A stretch of DNA of 64,000 nucleotides from an uncultured Candidatus Saccharibacteria bacterium. GTDB lineage: Bacteria > Patescibacteriota > Saccharimonadia > Saccharimonadales > Saccharimonadaceae. The notes beneath the pieces were generated by a model. That model searched no databases and was not told the DNA's origin. It saw nothing but the letters and a program-made list of their open reading frames with translations. The stretch spans positions 81,063 to 145,062 of the forward strand of contig CALIJG010000020.1 of assembly GCA_938018005.1 (NCBI GenBank), read 5' to 3'. This document shows positions 1-9,618 of this stretch, piece after piece. Each line of letters opens with the position of its first letter. The stretch's first letter is position 1. The translations under genes and the position numbers were made by a program.

Positions 1-165
1 GCTACTACTTGACCTCTGTAATCCCTTGCGAAAAGCCGCCTTTTTCGCCGCTATCTTCAATAAAGTCCCAACCTATGATGAAATAAAGTTTGGAACTCAC
101 AAAAACAGCTCGCTACCAGAGGTAAACGAGCTGTTCCGTATCCGAATGGATGATAAATCCCTTTA

Positions 166-240
166 TGGTGACCTCACCGGGAATCGAACCCGGATTGCCA
201 GGATGAAAACCTGGTGTCCTAACCGTTAGACGATGAGGCC
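166..240 (-). tRNA. tRNA-Glu (anticodon UUC)
   Basis: Reverse complement reads GGCCTCATCGTCTAACGGTTAGGACACCAGGTTTTCATCCTGGCAATCCGGGTTCGATTCCCGGTGAGGTCACCA. The 7-bp acceptor stem includes one G-U pair. D-stem is GTCT/GGAC. Anticodon stem is CCAGG/CCTGG with loop TTTTCAT, giving U33-TTC-A37. T-stem is CCGGG/CCCGG with a TTCGATT loop, then discriminator A and encoded CCA. Confidence 0.8.
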
Positions 241-400
241 GTGCAGGCACGTAGCTGTGCTGTGTGCCATTATACGAAAAACTCGCTGGTTTGTCCACCA
301 TAATACCGCTCTATTGCCGCGCGAGCCGAGAATCATGCTCTGGCTGCAGCGATATCTGCTATACTAATGACACGATATTGCGTTATACAACAAAGTTATT

Positions 401-1888
401 ATGGATATTTCGCCTGTTCCGACATCTGTGCTGGGAGAGCACCCACCCCAGCGTCCCGCCAAGCGGCGGCATAGCACACTCATGCTATGGGTGATGCTTG
501 CGGCGGCCATTACTGTGGTGCTCTCGGCTATTGCTGCAGCGGTGACTCTTCTCTCCTCGCCGCAGCGCATGCAGGCAGCGGCGGTATCGGCCGCACCATC
601 GCGCACCGATGTATTTCTGGCCAATGGCTATGGAGCAGGCCAGCACGCAGTGCGGTTTGCAGCGGGGCAGGGCGGCTTGAACTTCTTGGGTGGCACAGCC
701 GACCACTCGCGGCTCGCCATTGCAGGGCAGGGCGCGCAGGATGCCGCACCAGTGCTCCGCATTTGGGACACTAGGCACAAGCAGCCAGTCGCTACTTGGC
801 CAGCCAGTACCTGTAGCAGCGTCACACCGCGTGGAGTAGTGTATTGCGCCAGCCAGCAGCGAGGGCGCTCAGTCATTACCGCGGTAGACCTTGCCACCGC
901 TAAGGTTCTCTATGCTACCCCTGTAGCTGCCCAGCCAAGCACGCTCACATACTACGGCACAGATGGTCAGCAACAGGATATTATTGGCGAGAGCGCCGCC
1001 GCCACCTTCTACGCCGCCGCAGGGAGCCTGCACCCCATCACCAGTGGCGATTTTCAGAACCCCAACGCTACCTGCACGATAGCGAGCGGTAGCAAGCTTC
1101 TCTGTCGCCGTAATACCGAGAAAGACCACGGCGCTAAGCCATCCCAGAAGTCACCCAGCAAGCGCGCTACCTCACGTACCACCACCGGTGTCGTCATCAC
1201 AAATGAGCGCCAGGCGACCACTGCAGACCAACCGACGACCACCATCACCGTGTATGATATCACCAGCGGCACGCGCGAAGTGCAGCGCACAGCTAGCTCC
1301 AGCAACGTCACCTTGGCAAGCGATGGTTGGCTGGAGGGCACTGCTAGCAGTAATACCGTCCAATCCAGCGGGCAAGAGACCTTCGAGAGCTATGGCCTGG
1401 ACGGTAAGCCACGCGGCCGCAGCACTGTCAATAGCGCGTACAAGCTCAGCCCAGCCGCCAGCTCCTTCACTAACCCCGCTGGCACTACTGTGCCAACGTA
1501 CCCCCGAGAGGCTCTCACTACAGATATGCCGCGCGTCGTTGTGGATGGGCAGGGTAGAGAGTTCCTGCGTATTGCCAGCCAAAACACCCAAGACTTCGCC
1601 CTCAGCCAGGCTACCTACAGCCGCACCAGCGGTGGCACGCTCACCCTGGCTGACGGCGGCAACATTGTCTCCGCCAGCCTGGATGGCTCACTCCTCCTCA
1701 CCAGTAATCTCCACTCCGCCGGTATTCAAGCCAGCGGCAGTAAAGGTCTCAAGATCGTCAAAGTCGCCGATGGTACAACCCTCCTCACCATCAAAGGAAC
1801 CGACATGCGCAGCCTCACTATTCGTAGCAATCTCATCGCTAGCACCGGCAAGGACGGCACACTTGTGGTGTATGTGCCGGGCAAGTAG
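401..1888 (+). CDS. hypothetical membrane-anchored/secreted Thr/Ser/Gly-rich protein
   Basis: Long ORF. N-terminal basic stretch (KRR) is followed by a hydrophobic helix (MLWVMLAAAITVVLSAIAAAV). The rest is Thr/Ser/Ala/Gly-rich with no recognisable catalytic motif. Start is ambiguous (401 or 484) and no clear SD is present. Confidence 0.5.
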   Translation: MDISPVPTSVLGEHPPQRPAKRRHSTLMLWVMLAAAITVVLSAIAAAVTLLSSPQRMQAAAVSAAPSRTDVFLANGYGAGQHAVRFAAGQGGLNFLGGTADHSRLAIAGQGAQDAAPVLRIWDTRHKQPVATWPASTCSSVTPRGVVYCASQQRGRSVITAVDLATAKVLYATPVAAQPSTLTYYGTDGQQQDIIGESAAATFYAAAGSLHPITSGDFQNPNATCTIASGSKLLCRRNTEKDHGAKPSQKSPSKRATSRTTTGVVITNERQATTADQPTTTITVYDITSGTREVQRTASSSNVTLASDGWLEGTASSNTVQSSGQETFESYGLDGKPRGRSTVNSAYKLSPAASSFTNPAGTTVPTYPREALTTDMPRVVVDGQGREFLRIASQNTQDFALSQATYSRTSGGTLTLADGGNIVSASLDGSLLLTSNLHSAGIQASGSKGLKIVKVADGTTLLTIKGTDMRSLTIRSNLIASTGKDGTLVVYVPGK

Positions 1889-1956
1889 CGCTGCACCCTA
1901 CACCTCAGCACACAGCGCGCCCACTTTCTCTGCATAGCCGCAGCTTTATAGCAAAA

Positions 1957-1990
1957 ACAACCCGCCACTGCGAGCGGGTTATTTATTAAG
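1957..1990 (+). terminator. rho-independent terminator-like hairpin (possibly bidirectional)
   Basis: AACCCGCcactgcgaGCGGGTT stem-loop followed by a TTATTTATT tract, located between two convergent genes. Confidence 0.55.
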
Positions 1991-2008
1991 AGTAGCAGAG
2001 CAGGGGCT

Positions 2009-2274
2009 CTACCGGCTGGCTGCGTGGTTAAGCACATAGGCACTAAGGCAGGCCAGGCCAATGCTAAGCATAACGATGGCAGTGTGCGGGTCGATGCTGT
2101 GCGAGATACTCAGCACCACTACGATGACGCTGAGCACCAGGCAGGCTGCGATAAGCAGGATGTCGAGCATTTGCTTGGGCGTCTTTTTGCGGGTGGTCGA
2201 TACTGTGACCTTTGTTTTTGTTGTTGTTGCTGGCGCGGCTGCTTTGGCCGCTGCTTTGGTTGATTTTTTTGCCA
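2009..2274 (-). CDS. small membrane protein with Lys-rich N-terminus
   Basis: ATG is preceded by AGGAGG (revcomp of ...gccatatggcctcct). Sequence MAKKSTKAAAKAAAPATTTKTK is followed by two hydrophobic helices. Confidence 0.5.
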
Positions 2275-2453
2275 TATGGCCTCCTTTGTTTTCTGGCACT
2301 ATTGTAGCACATTGTAGAGAAAAATGGGCGAATAAATTACTCAAGGTCATAAGAAGTGGCGGGCAGCGAGCGCGGCTACCTCCTCGCCAACACTCCATTG
2401 CCATCGCCCACGCAATCCGCTATAATACACACAAAGCATAAGGGGGATAACCA

Positions 2454-4529
2454 ATGGGGGTGCAACAAATCAGCCGGTTTTGGCACCGGCGCTTGTGCGA
2501 GGCAAGTATGCTCTATGCCGTCATCATCGTGGCGCTGTGGGCATGGCGGCACTTTGGCGGGGTGGATCAATACAACCTCGTGCTTGGCATGCCACTCATT
2601 GCCGTCATCTTGGCCGGTATAACAGGGGTCGTGGCAGCGGTGCTTCACATCTGGCCACCGCAGCAGCGGCTTGGGCAGGCGAGCCTCGTGGTGTATCTCT
2701 GCGCCGTGGCCACAACGGGCGCGCTCATCGTTGGCACTGGCGGGCTGAGCTCACCCTTTATTGCAGCCTGGCTCTTGGTGGCAGTCTTTGCAATGTTTTT
2801 TGGCTGGGTGGGGCTAGCGCTCGTCTTGCTACTGGTCAATGCCTACCTCAGTTGGGGAGTATTGTCGGGGCATATTACAAGCATGATGATCCCCAGCGCT
2901 ATGCTGACGGGCGAGCTGCCCATCTTGGTAGGGTGCTTGCTCTGGGGGCCGGATGATCGCGCTGCCGAGGCCCGCACTACCTCATACCGCGAGCTTGCCG
3001 CCACACTAAGCCGGGTAGCAGGCAAGTCGGATATCGTGCTCAATGCGATTGGCGATGGCGTGATGGCACTGGACGCAGATGGGATGATAGAGCTCATCAA
3101 TCCAGCAGCTCAGCGCCTCGTGGGTTGGGGTGACGAAGATGCTCTGGGCCTCAGCTACCAATCCGTCCTCAAGCTTATCGACGCCAAGAATGACCCCATT
3201 ACTAATGATACCGACCCCATCGCCACCGTCCTGGCGGACAACCAGCCCCTCACCACCGACCGCCTGCGTCTCGTGACGAGCTCTGGCAAGACGCCGATCA
3301 TCTCGCTCGTTATTTCGCCTGTGAGCAGCGAGCCGGGCAGTGGGGTTATCGTCGTCTTTCGTGATGTGACAAAGGAAAAGGCCGAGGAACGCCAAAAAGC
3401 CGAGTTCATTAGCACAGCCAGCCACGAGATGCGTACCCCTGTGGCATCAATCGAGGGCTACCTTGGCCTCACCCTTAACCCCGCCACTGCCACTATCGAC
3501 AAGCGCGCCCGCGACTTCATTACCAAAGCCCACCGTTCGGCCGAGCACCTCGGCCGGCTCTTTCAAGACCTGCTGGACGTGAGCAAAGCCGATGATGGCC
3601 GCTTGCAGAGCAACCCCGAGGCGATCGATCTCATCCCCTTTGTCAGTGACATTGTGGAGGGGCTACGCCACAAGGCTGAGGACAAACAGCTCCAGCTTAT
3701 CTTCAAGCCACGCCCTGGCACAACTAGTACCGATCACAGCGCTACCTTTACCAGCCGGACGCTCAGCCCTGCCTTTTATGTCTATGTTGATCCAGACCAG
3801 CTGCGCGAGGTGCTCGATAATCTGGTGGAGAATGCCATCAAATACACCCCCAGCGGGCGTGTAACGGTGGATGTGACTGGTGGTAGTGGGCGCGTGACGA
3901 TCGCCATTGCCGATACTGGCATTGGCATACCAGTAGAAGATCAGTCACACCTCTTCCAAAAGTTCTATCGAGTAGATAATTCGGACACGCGTGAGATTGG
4001 CGGCACTGGCCTGGGGCTCTACCTCAGTCGCCGCCTTACAGAGGTGATGGGTGGCCGCTTGTGGGTGGAGAGTGCGTACCGGCAGGGAAGTACTTTCTTC
4101 CTTGAGCTCCCGCGCTTGAGCGAGCACGATGCTCAAACCGCCCTCGCTGCCAAAGCCAAGGCAGCAGCACAAGCCGCCAAGGCAGCTCCGCCTCGCCCAG
4201 TGCCAACTTTTGCCACGGCCGCACTCCAGAGCCAAGGCTTTTTGCCACAGCCCAGCCCAGCTGCTCGTGCCCAGCGCCCAGCACAAAAAAATAGCCACTC
4301 AGCCACCCCACCCAAGCCAAAAGATACCCAGTCTACCACTGTTGCCATCGCTCATCCTGCTCCTTCCACTCCCCCCAGCGCCACACCTTCCTCCACAGCA
4401 CAACCTACGCCAAGCACGTCGCCCACGGCGCATATCATTGCCACTAGTCAGCCTCGGCGTAGCCCCACTCGTGTCCGCGATGTCCTCACCACGCCGCGCT
4501 CTGCTGCGCCACCACGGGCGGTGCGGTAA
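2454..4529 (+). CDS. sensor histidine kinase (multi-TM N-terminus, PAS, HisKA, HATPase_c) with ~140-aa Pro/Ala/Thr-rich C-terminal tail
   Basis: RBS AAGGGGGA precedes the ATG. PAS-like segment: IVLNAIGDGVMALDADGMIELINPAAQRLVGW. H-box: FISTASHEMRTPV. N-box: LDNLVENAIKYTP. G-boxes: IADTGIGIP and GGTGLGLYLSRRL. Confidence 0.85.
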   Translation: MGVQQISRFWHRRLCEASMLYAVIIVALWAWRHFGGVDQYNLVLGMPLIAVILAGITGVVAAVLHIWPPQQRLGQASLVVYLCAVATTGALIVGTGGLSSPFIAAWLLVAVFAMFFGWVGLALVLLLVNAYLSWGVLSGHITSMMIPSAMLTGELPILVGCLLWGPDDRAAEARTTSYRELAATLSRVAGKSDIVLNAIGDGVMALDADGMIELINPAAQRLVGWGDEDALGLSYQSVLKLIDAKNDPITNDTDPIATVLADNQPLTTDRLRLVTSSGKTPIISLVISPVSSEPGSGVIVVFRDVTKEKAEERQKAEFISTASHEMRTPVASIEGYLGLTLNPATATIDKRARDFITKAHRSAEHLGRLFQDLLDVSKADDGRLQSNPEAIDLIPFVSDIVEGLRHKAEDKQLQLIFKPRPGTTSTDHSATFTSRTLSPAFYVYVDPDQLREVLDNLVENAIKYTPSGRVTVDVTGGSGRVTIAIADTGIGIPVEDQSHLFQKFYRVDNSDTREIGGTGLGLYLSRRLTEVMGGRLWVESAYRQGSTFFLELPRLSEHDAQTALAAKAKAAAQAAKAAPPRPVPTFATAALQSQGFLPQPSPAARAQRPAQKNSHSATPPKPKDTQSTTVAIAHPAPSTPPSATPSSTAQPTPSTSPTAHIIATSQPRRSPTRVRDVLTTPRSAAPPRAVR

Positions 4530-4689
4530 ATCTCACGCCTATCTCGAAATAATTATAGAGGCCGATGTTTTCCACAATACCGGCCTTTTTTATTCTAAAA
4601 CGTATCACCAGTGCCAGTGTCCTTCCTGTAGTAAAAAGCAAGAAGAGGAATGAACCCCAGCGAAGGTAAAGCGTCAGACTGCTACAGGC

Positions 4690-5130
4690 TTACGACTGAT
4701 CCTTCTTGCGCTTGCGCTCTAACTGCTCATTAAGTAGCTGAAGTGTGACAGCACTAATGCCTGTCGCATATGTACCACACGCTACCCCGTGCATCACCGC
4801 TTCTTCCATCTGGCGATGCTCGAGCCCATCGATGTTTGAGAACCCCTCGGCAGCAGCAATCTCCTCATCTGTCGTCATCACATGCTCAGCGACTGGATTA
4901 AGCAGGTTGCCCACTGGCTCCATATTGCCACTGTCATGATAGAGACTAATGCCTGTTGCGGCTGTTAGAGTCGCACCAATGGTGGCCAGCATCCCTAGTG
5001 CCCGCGCTGCTTTCTCACGCCGCGAGGATCGCTCGGGCGATTGTAATTTTTCTGCAAAACGCGTGACCCAGCTTGGCTTCTCGCTTGTGTGCCGTGCCCC
5101 AGCGTGTCGCATTTGTTGTGTTGTTGTCAT
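4690..5130 (-). CDS. hypothetical protein
   Basis: 146-aa ORF between the kinase and the response regulator. No motif I can assign with confidence. Several short antisense ORFs compete with it. Confidence 0.35.
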   Translation of the reverse strand: MTTTQQMRHAGARHTSEKPSWVTRFAEKLQSPERSSRREKAARALGMLATIGATLTAATGISLYHDSGNMEPVGNLLNPVAEHVMTTDEEIAAAEGFSNIDGLEHRQMEEAVMHGVACGTYATGISAVTLQLLNEQLERKRKKDQS

Positions 5131-5445
5131 AGTTCATCTTCCTCTGTTAGAGACAATATGATACCACGGTATGGATTTATAGTCAATGGTTACGTATCTG
5201 CGCCCAAAACCTCCAAATCTCTCATACTTATAGCTAGACTCACAGTACCCATGCCGAAGATATACACAGAGCGCTCCCGCCTTGCTTCATCGCTGGCCTT
5301 CAGATACGTTTTTCCAATCTCTCTATGCCAAATCCAATCGTGCGCCCACACCACCACTGAGGCGGCTCTTTCTATCACTTTCTCTCAAAAAAACCACAAG
5401 CACTATGGTATTTTTGCCGACAATTGCGTACAATAGAGGGTGATA

Positions 5446-7010
5446 TGACAAAGGTTAAGATTCTGCTTGTCGAAGACGACAAAAGCCTGCGCGAAATATA
5501 CGGAGTACGCCTGTTGGCCGAGGGGTATGACATCGTGTCGGCCGGCGATGGGGAAGAAGCACTCGCCATGGCTATCAAAGAACGTCCGCAGCTCATCATC
5601 AGTGATGTGATGATGCCTAAGATTAGTGGCTTCGACATGCTCGATATCTTGCGCAGCACCACCGAGACGCGCGGCATCAAGGTGATTATCATGACGGCAC
5701 TCTCGAGCCAAGACCAGCGCATGCGCGGCGAGGCACTGGGAGCAGATCGCTACCTCGTCAAATCGCAGGTTGGCATTGAAGATGTGGTGCGCGCCGTACA
5801 CGACGTCCTTGGCGATACAGGGGTAAGTCACCAGCCGGCAGCACAGACCACTCCTGAGCCTCAGCCAAGTGCACCAACCATACCAGTTCCATCGGCCGCT
5901 CAGCCCGCCACACTGCCACAGCCCACAGCGCCATTCTCCACGCCGCGACCAGCCAGCCTGGGCGAGCGAGTGATCCATCCACTACAGTCTTCTATGCCGA
6001 GGCCAGATTATGCCAGCCTGATAGATGACGAACTCGATGCCGCCAATGGTACTTCACAGCCCACAGCGCCGCAGCCGCCAGCCGAGCCCACCACGCCACA
6101 GCCATTCACCTTGCCGCCAGCCGAAGAGGCACCAGAGGCCGAGATCGTCACACATCACGATGAACACCCAGCCTCTACTAATAGCGCACCAAGCCCAGCA
6201 GAAGCTCCACATCTGCACACACCGCCAGCCAGCGATGCTCCCGCTACGCAGCCACCCATTAACGATATTATTGCGCCGCATAGCACAGCGCCATCAGGTA
6301 TTCCAGATGTGCACCACCACATTGTGGCGAGTCAGCCTGCTCACTACACCCACACTCCAGCCGACGACGAAGCCGAGCTAGCCGAAGCTCTGCGCATGAG
6401 CACGCAGCAAACCGATGACGAGACAGACACTGGTGAAGCCGCCTACCAGCCAAGCCAAAACCAGCTCGTATCAGACGCCGTGGCCAACCTTAATGAGCAG
6501 ATGGACACCATTCCGACTCCGACTCCGGTCGAACCACCAGTACCAACCGCCACAGCATACGACGCACCAGCGCCAAGCCACACTGCGCCAGTCGCCTCAG
6601 CTCAACCGCCAGCTGCTCACCACGAGCATCACGAGGATTCACCAGCTCATCCTGCTGCTGATAATGCAGCCATTACACCGCACAGCACACAAGCCATTGC
6701 TGCAGACCCGTCTGATGCACTAGCCGCGGCGTTGCTCCAGGGTAGTGCAGCCGCTCATCCGTCGGTCTCGCCAGTCGATCATCCACTCTACGATGCCATC
6801 CGTCCAGCTCCCGTTGCTGCAGCGCATTCTGCTCCAGCACAGCCCGTCAACGCCGTAGCAGGGCAACCATCAGTCACTCATCATGCAGTATCAGTGCCTC
6901 AGCCAGGAGCCGCACCTTCGCGCCCAGCACCAGCCATACAGCACAGCCACGACAACCTCAGTTTCGAAGAGACTGAGCGGGCAACACCATCATCGGCCGG
7001 GTCGCACTAA
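5446..7010 (+). CDS. response-regulator receiver (CheY-like) domain protein with ~400-aa Pro/Ala/Thr/His-rich low-complexity C-terminal extension
   Basis: MTKVKILLVEDDKSLREIYG...ISDVMMPKISGFDMLDIL...IIMTALS...YLVKS gives the phospho-acceptor Asp, the conserved T and the K of a receiver domain. AGAGGG lies 5 nt upstream of ATG 5446; an alternative in-frame start is at 5424. No recognisable output domain. Confidence 0.75.
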
Positions 7011-7405
7011 AAAGCGTATCCATATCGCTTCACACGTGCTATACTAGGTAATCATCATGCATGGAGCCTGTTATGCCCGATCGATCACCATTCGACTACC
7101 CATTCCATGAACAACCTACCGATGACCCTGTCACTGGCCCTGCTACGCGATGCAATGATCCACTACAAGCCGATAGCCGCCAGCATCCATCGCTTGAGTA
7201 CCCACTGGTTGTGCCAGAAGTCAAACATAGCCCACTTTTCACATGCATTCGTGCCATTGGCAAGGCTGCTCTCCGCGGCACGCGGAGCATTGTTTCAGCG
7301 GTTACTCGGCCGTGGTCGCGTCATACCCATCAGCATTAAGCCGAGCGAGTTATGAGCGCAGAGCCGAGCCTTCGGCCAGCACGTCCTGGGTGATATAATA
7401 GGGGC

Positions 7406-8089
7406 ATGTCGACTACTCGCCTTAACAAACACATTGCTCTTGTGCTGGGCCTGTCGCGCCGCCAAGCGGATGACCTGATCGCCGCTGGAGATGTCGTAGT
7501 TGATGGCGAGGTAGCTGTGCTCGGTGCCCGCCTCCAGCCAGGCAGCTTGGCAACGGTACAGGGCGCGCCACTACCCGAGCAGGTTACTTACCACACTATT
7601 ATGCTCAACAAGCCAGTGGGCTACGTTTGCTCGCGCAAACAACAGGGGTCGCAGCCCACTATTTATAGCCTTTTACCAACAGAGTTGCACGCTCTTAAGC
7701 CCGTTGGCCGGCTCGATGCTGATAGCTCAGGCCTGCTTTTGCTCAGCAACAACGGCGACTTTGCCTACCGCATGACCCACCCACAGTTTGCGAAAGTCAA
7801 AGAATACCACGTCCGGCTCGACCACCCACTCGAACCCCTCCACCAGCAGATGATCAGCGACTACGGCATACAGCTTGCCGATGGTACCAGCCGGCTCATC
7901 CTCACGCGTCTTCGACCCGATAGTCGCACCGAGTGGCACATTAGCATGAGTGAGGGCCGCAACCGCCAGATCCGCCGCACCTTTGCCGCCCTAGGCTACA
8001 CCGTCACGCGCCTGCATCGCACACACTTTGGCAGCTATAGCCTGGGCAAACTACCGCGAGGTGAGTGGCAAGACGTCGCTGCGCAATAG
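7406..8089 (+). CDS. rRNA pseudouridine synthase, RsuA/RluB family
   Basis: N-terminal S4-like domain (TRLNKHIALVLGLSRRQADDLIAAGDVVVDG) plus catalytic motif GRLDADSSGLLLLSNNGDF. Confidence 0.85.
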   Translation: MSTTRLNKHIALVLGLSRRQADDLIAAGDVVVDGEVAVLGARLQPGSLATVQGAPLPEQVTYHTIMLNKPVGYVCSRKQQGSQPTIYSLLPTELHALKPVGRLDADSSGLLLLSNNGDFAYRMTHPQFAKVKEYHVRLDHPLEPLHQQMISDYGIQLADGTSRLILTRLRPDSRTEWHISMSEGRNRQIRRTFAALGYTVTRLHRTHFGSYSLGKLPRGEWQDVAAQ

Positions 8090-8139
8090 GGCAGCACCTT
8101 CTTGCACTCTCAGCAAAAAATAATATACAATAGCAATAT

Positions 8140-8574
8140 ATGTGTATGCCTATTCTTAAAGACCCAACCCCACGGTACAGGCTCCGTTATGTAACGGATG
8201 ACACCGTCACCTGGCTGCTTAGTCCACTCCACGAGCGCACGCTCTGTTTCGACCCCAAGGATGACCACTTCTGGAGCGAGACACCCACTCCGCCGCGCAT
8301 GATACCTTTTGGCGATCACGCCCGCTATGGTCTCGACCTTTATGCCTTAGCTATCGAGATTATCATTATCGCTGCCTGTGGTGGCGCGTGGTGGCTAGTC
8401 TGGCAGCCATGGCACAAGAAAAAAGACAAAGATGCTCAAAACGCCACAGAGAAAAAACGGCCTCTCCCGCTGTGGCTCTATGCTGTGAGCTTAGCTATTC
8501 TCGTCATTGGCATTGCATTCTTGCTCACCGTTATTATCTTTACTGTGCGTCGCTATATTATCCTCAATAGTTAA
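8140..8574 (+). CDS. hypothetical membrane protein
   Basis: 144-aa ORF with two C-terminal hydrophobic helices (IIIAACGGAWWLVW; LWLYAVSLAILVIGIAFLLTVIIF). Confidence 0.4.
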   Translation: MCMPILKDPTPRYRLRYVTDDTVTWLLSPLHERTLCFDPKDDHFWSETPTPPRMIPFGDHARYGLDLYALAIEIIIIAACGGAWWLVWQPWHKKKDKDAQNATEKKRPLPLWLYAVSLAILVIGIAFLLTVIIFTVRRYIILNS

Positions 8575-8587
8575 CTAACTAACTCGC

Positions 8588-9487
8588 TCATCGTGGCCCC
8601 ATCCGCCAGAGGACGCCAGCCGCGCCAAGAGCCTGGATGATAGTAGGGTTTTTGTCAAAGGGCCGCTCTGGGTGGTTGATGCGTGCCCGAATCGTCTCGA
8701 TCTGCTGCACAGCCGATAAGTCACGGTGCAGCGGCATATCATGCTGGCGAAGGAACCGTGCTTGTAATGTGTACGCCTTGAGCTCAGAAGAGAACAGTGC
8801 ATATGGTGGCTCACCCCAGGGTGTACAAGGAGCGGTGATGGCGTCATCGGCGTGACTTAACTCGTGGAGGAGTACACCGGCTGTGATGATACGCGCCCTC
8901 TCGCTATCATCATGGAGAGGTAGTCTAGTCTGATTCATCACAATATTCGGCCGAGCATGCATGGGAGTGCGCCCAACCCGCCCCATATCAACAATACATG
9001 CAGCATACGTGCCACGTATTCTGACTGGCACCGCCTGGGCCGACATGTGTGGTGCGGCAAGAATTCGGCTTGGCGCATAGTACCATTTGGCCGCGCCGAG
9101 CTGCCACGGGGTATCGTGCACTACGCCAGCCTGCTGCCGCTGCAGCGGCATAGGGTCGGTCATATCCGTCCAGACGTCGCGCGTCTCTGGCGCAATTGCA
9201 AGAGGAATAATGTCGCGCCGATGCCAACCATCAAGCGATTGCACCTGGTGATCACGCTGGAAGAGGCGCGGCTCCGCACCATCATGGTTATCGAGTTCTC
9301 GCTGTGTGACACCTGTGCGGACATCGGCAACCGTCAGCATCGCCGCCCGCTGCTGAAGCGCTACTGCCGAGACGCCCAGCGCACCCAGGCTGTCAATCAG
9401 CTGCGGCTGACCTAAGCTCTCATCCAAATATTCTATCAACTGGTGCAATAGCGTGGTATAGGCTGGCTGTAGTATCTCATTGGTCAT
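8588..9487 (-). CDS. hypothetical protein with HExxH motif (possible zinc-metallopeptidase-like)
   Basis: 299-aa ORF containing LLHELSHADDA (HExxH). No other assignable domain. Confidence 0.45.
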   Translation of the reverse strand: MTNEILQPAYTTLLHQLIEYLDESLGQPQLIDSLGALGVSAVALQQRAAMLTVADVRTGVTQRELDNHDGAEPRLFQRDHQVQSLDGWHRRDIIPLAIAPETRDVWTDMTDPMPLQRQQAGVVHDTPWQLGAAKWYYAPSRILAAPHMSAQAVPVRIRGTYAACIVDMGRVGRTPMHARPNIVMNQTRLPLHDDSERARIITAGVLLHELSHADDAITAPCTPWGEPPYALFSSELKAYTLQARFLRQHDMPLHRDLSAVQQIETIRARINHPERPFDKNPTIIQALGAAGVLWRMGPR

Positions 9488-9618
9488 TACGCACTTCCTT
9501 ATATTTCAGTCTTTATCAATGAGAGTGAGCCTGTTGCCGCACTCGTTCTTTTATTGTACAAGAGGGGAGAGGGCGCTGCAAATCCGCTCACGCGCTTTCA
9601 TGATATAATGAGATCATT

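Noticed and set aside
1188-1937. 249-aa alternative-frame ORF overlapping the 401-1888 gene
   Set aside because: Same strand but a different frame, with Pro/Ala/Ser-rich junk composition. The 401-1888 frame has the membrane-anchor N-terminus and a consistent downstream terminator.
7061-7339. 92-aa ORF in the 395-bp gap between the receiver protein and the pseudouridine synthase gene
   Set aside because: No RBS, no motif, and a competing overlapping frame (7107..7355). It is possibly real, but the support is insufficient.
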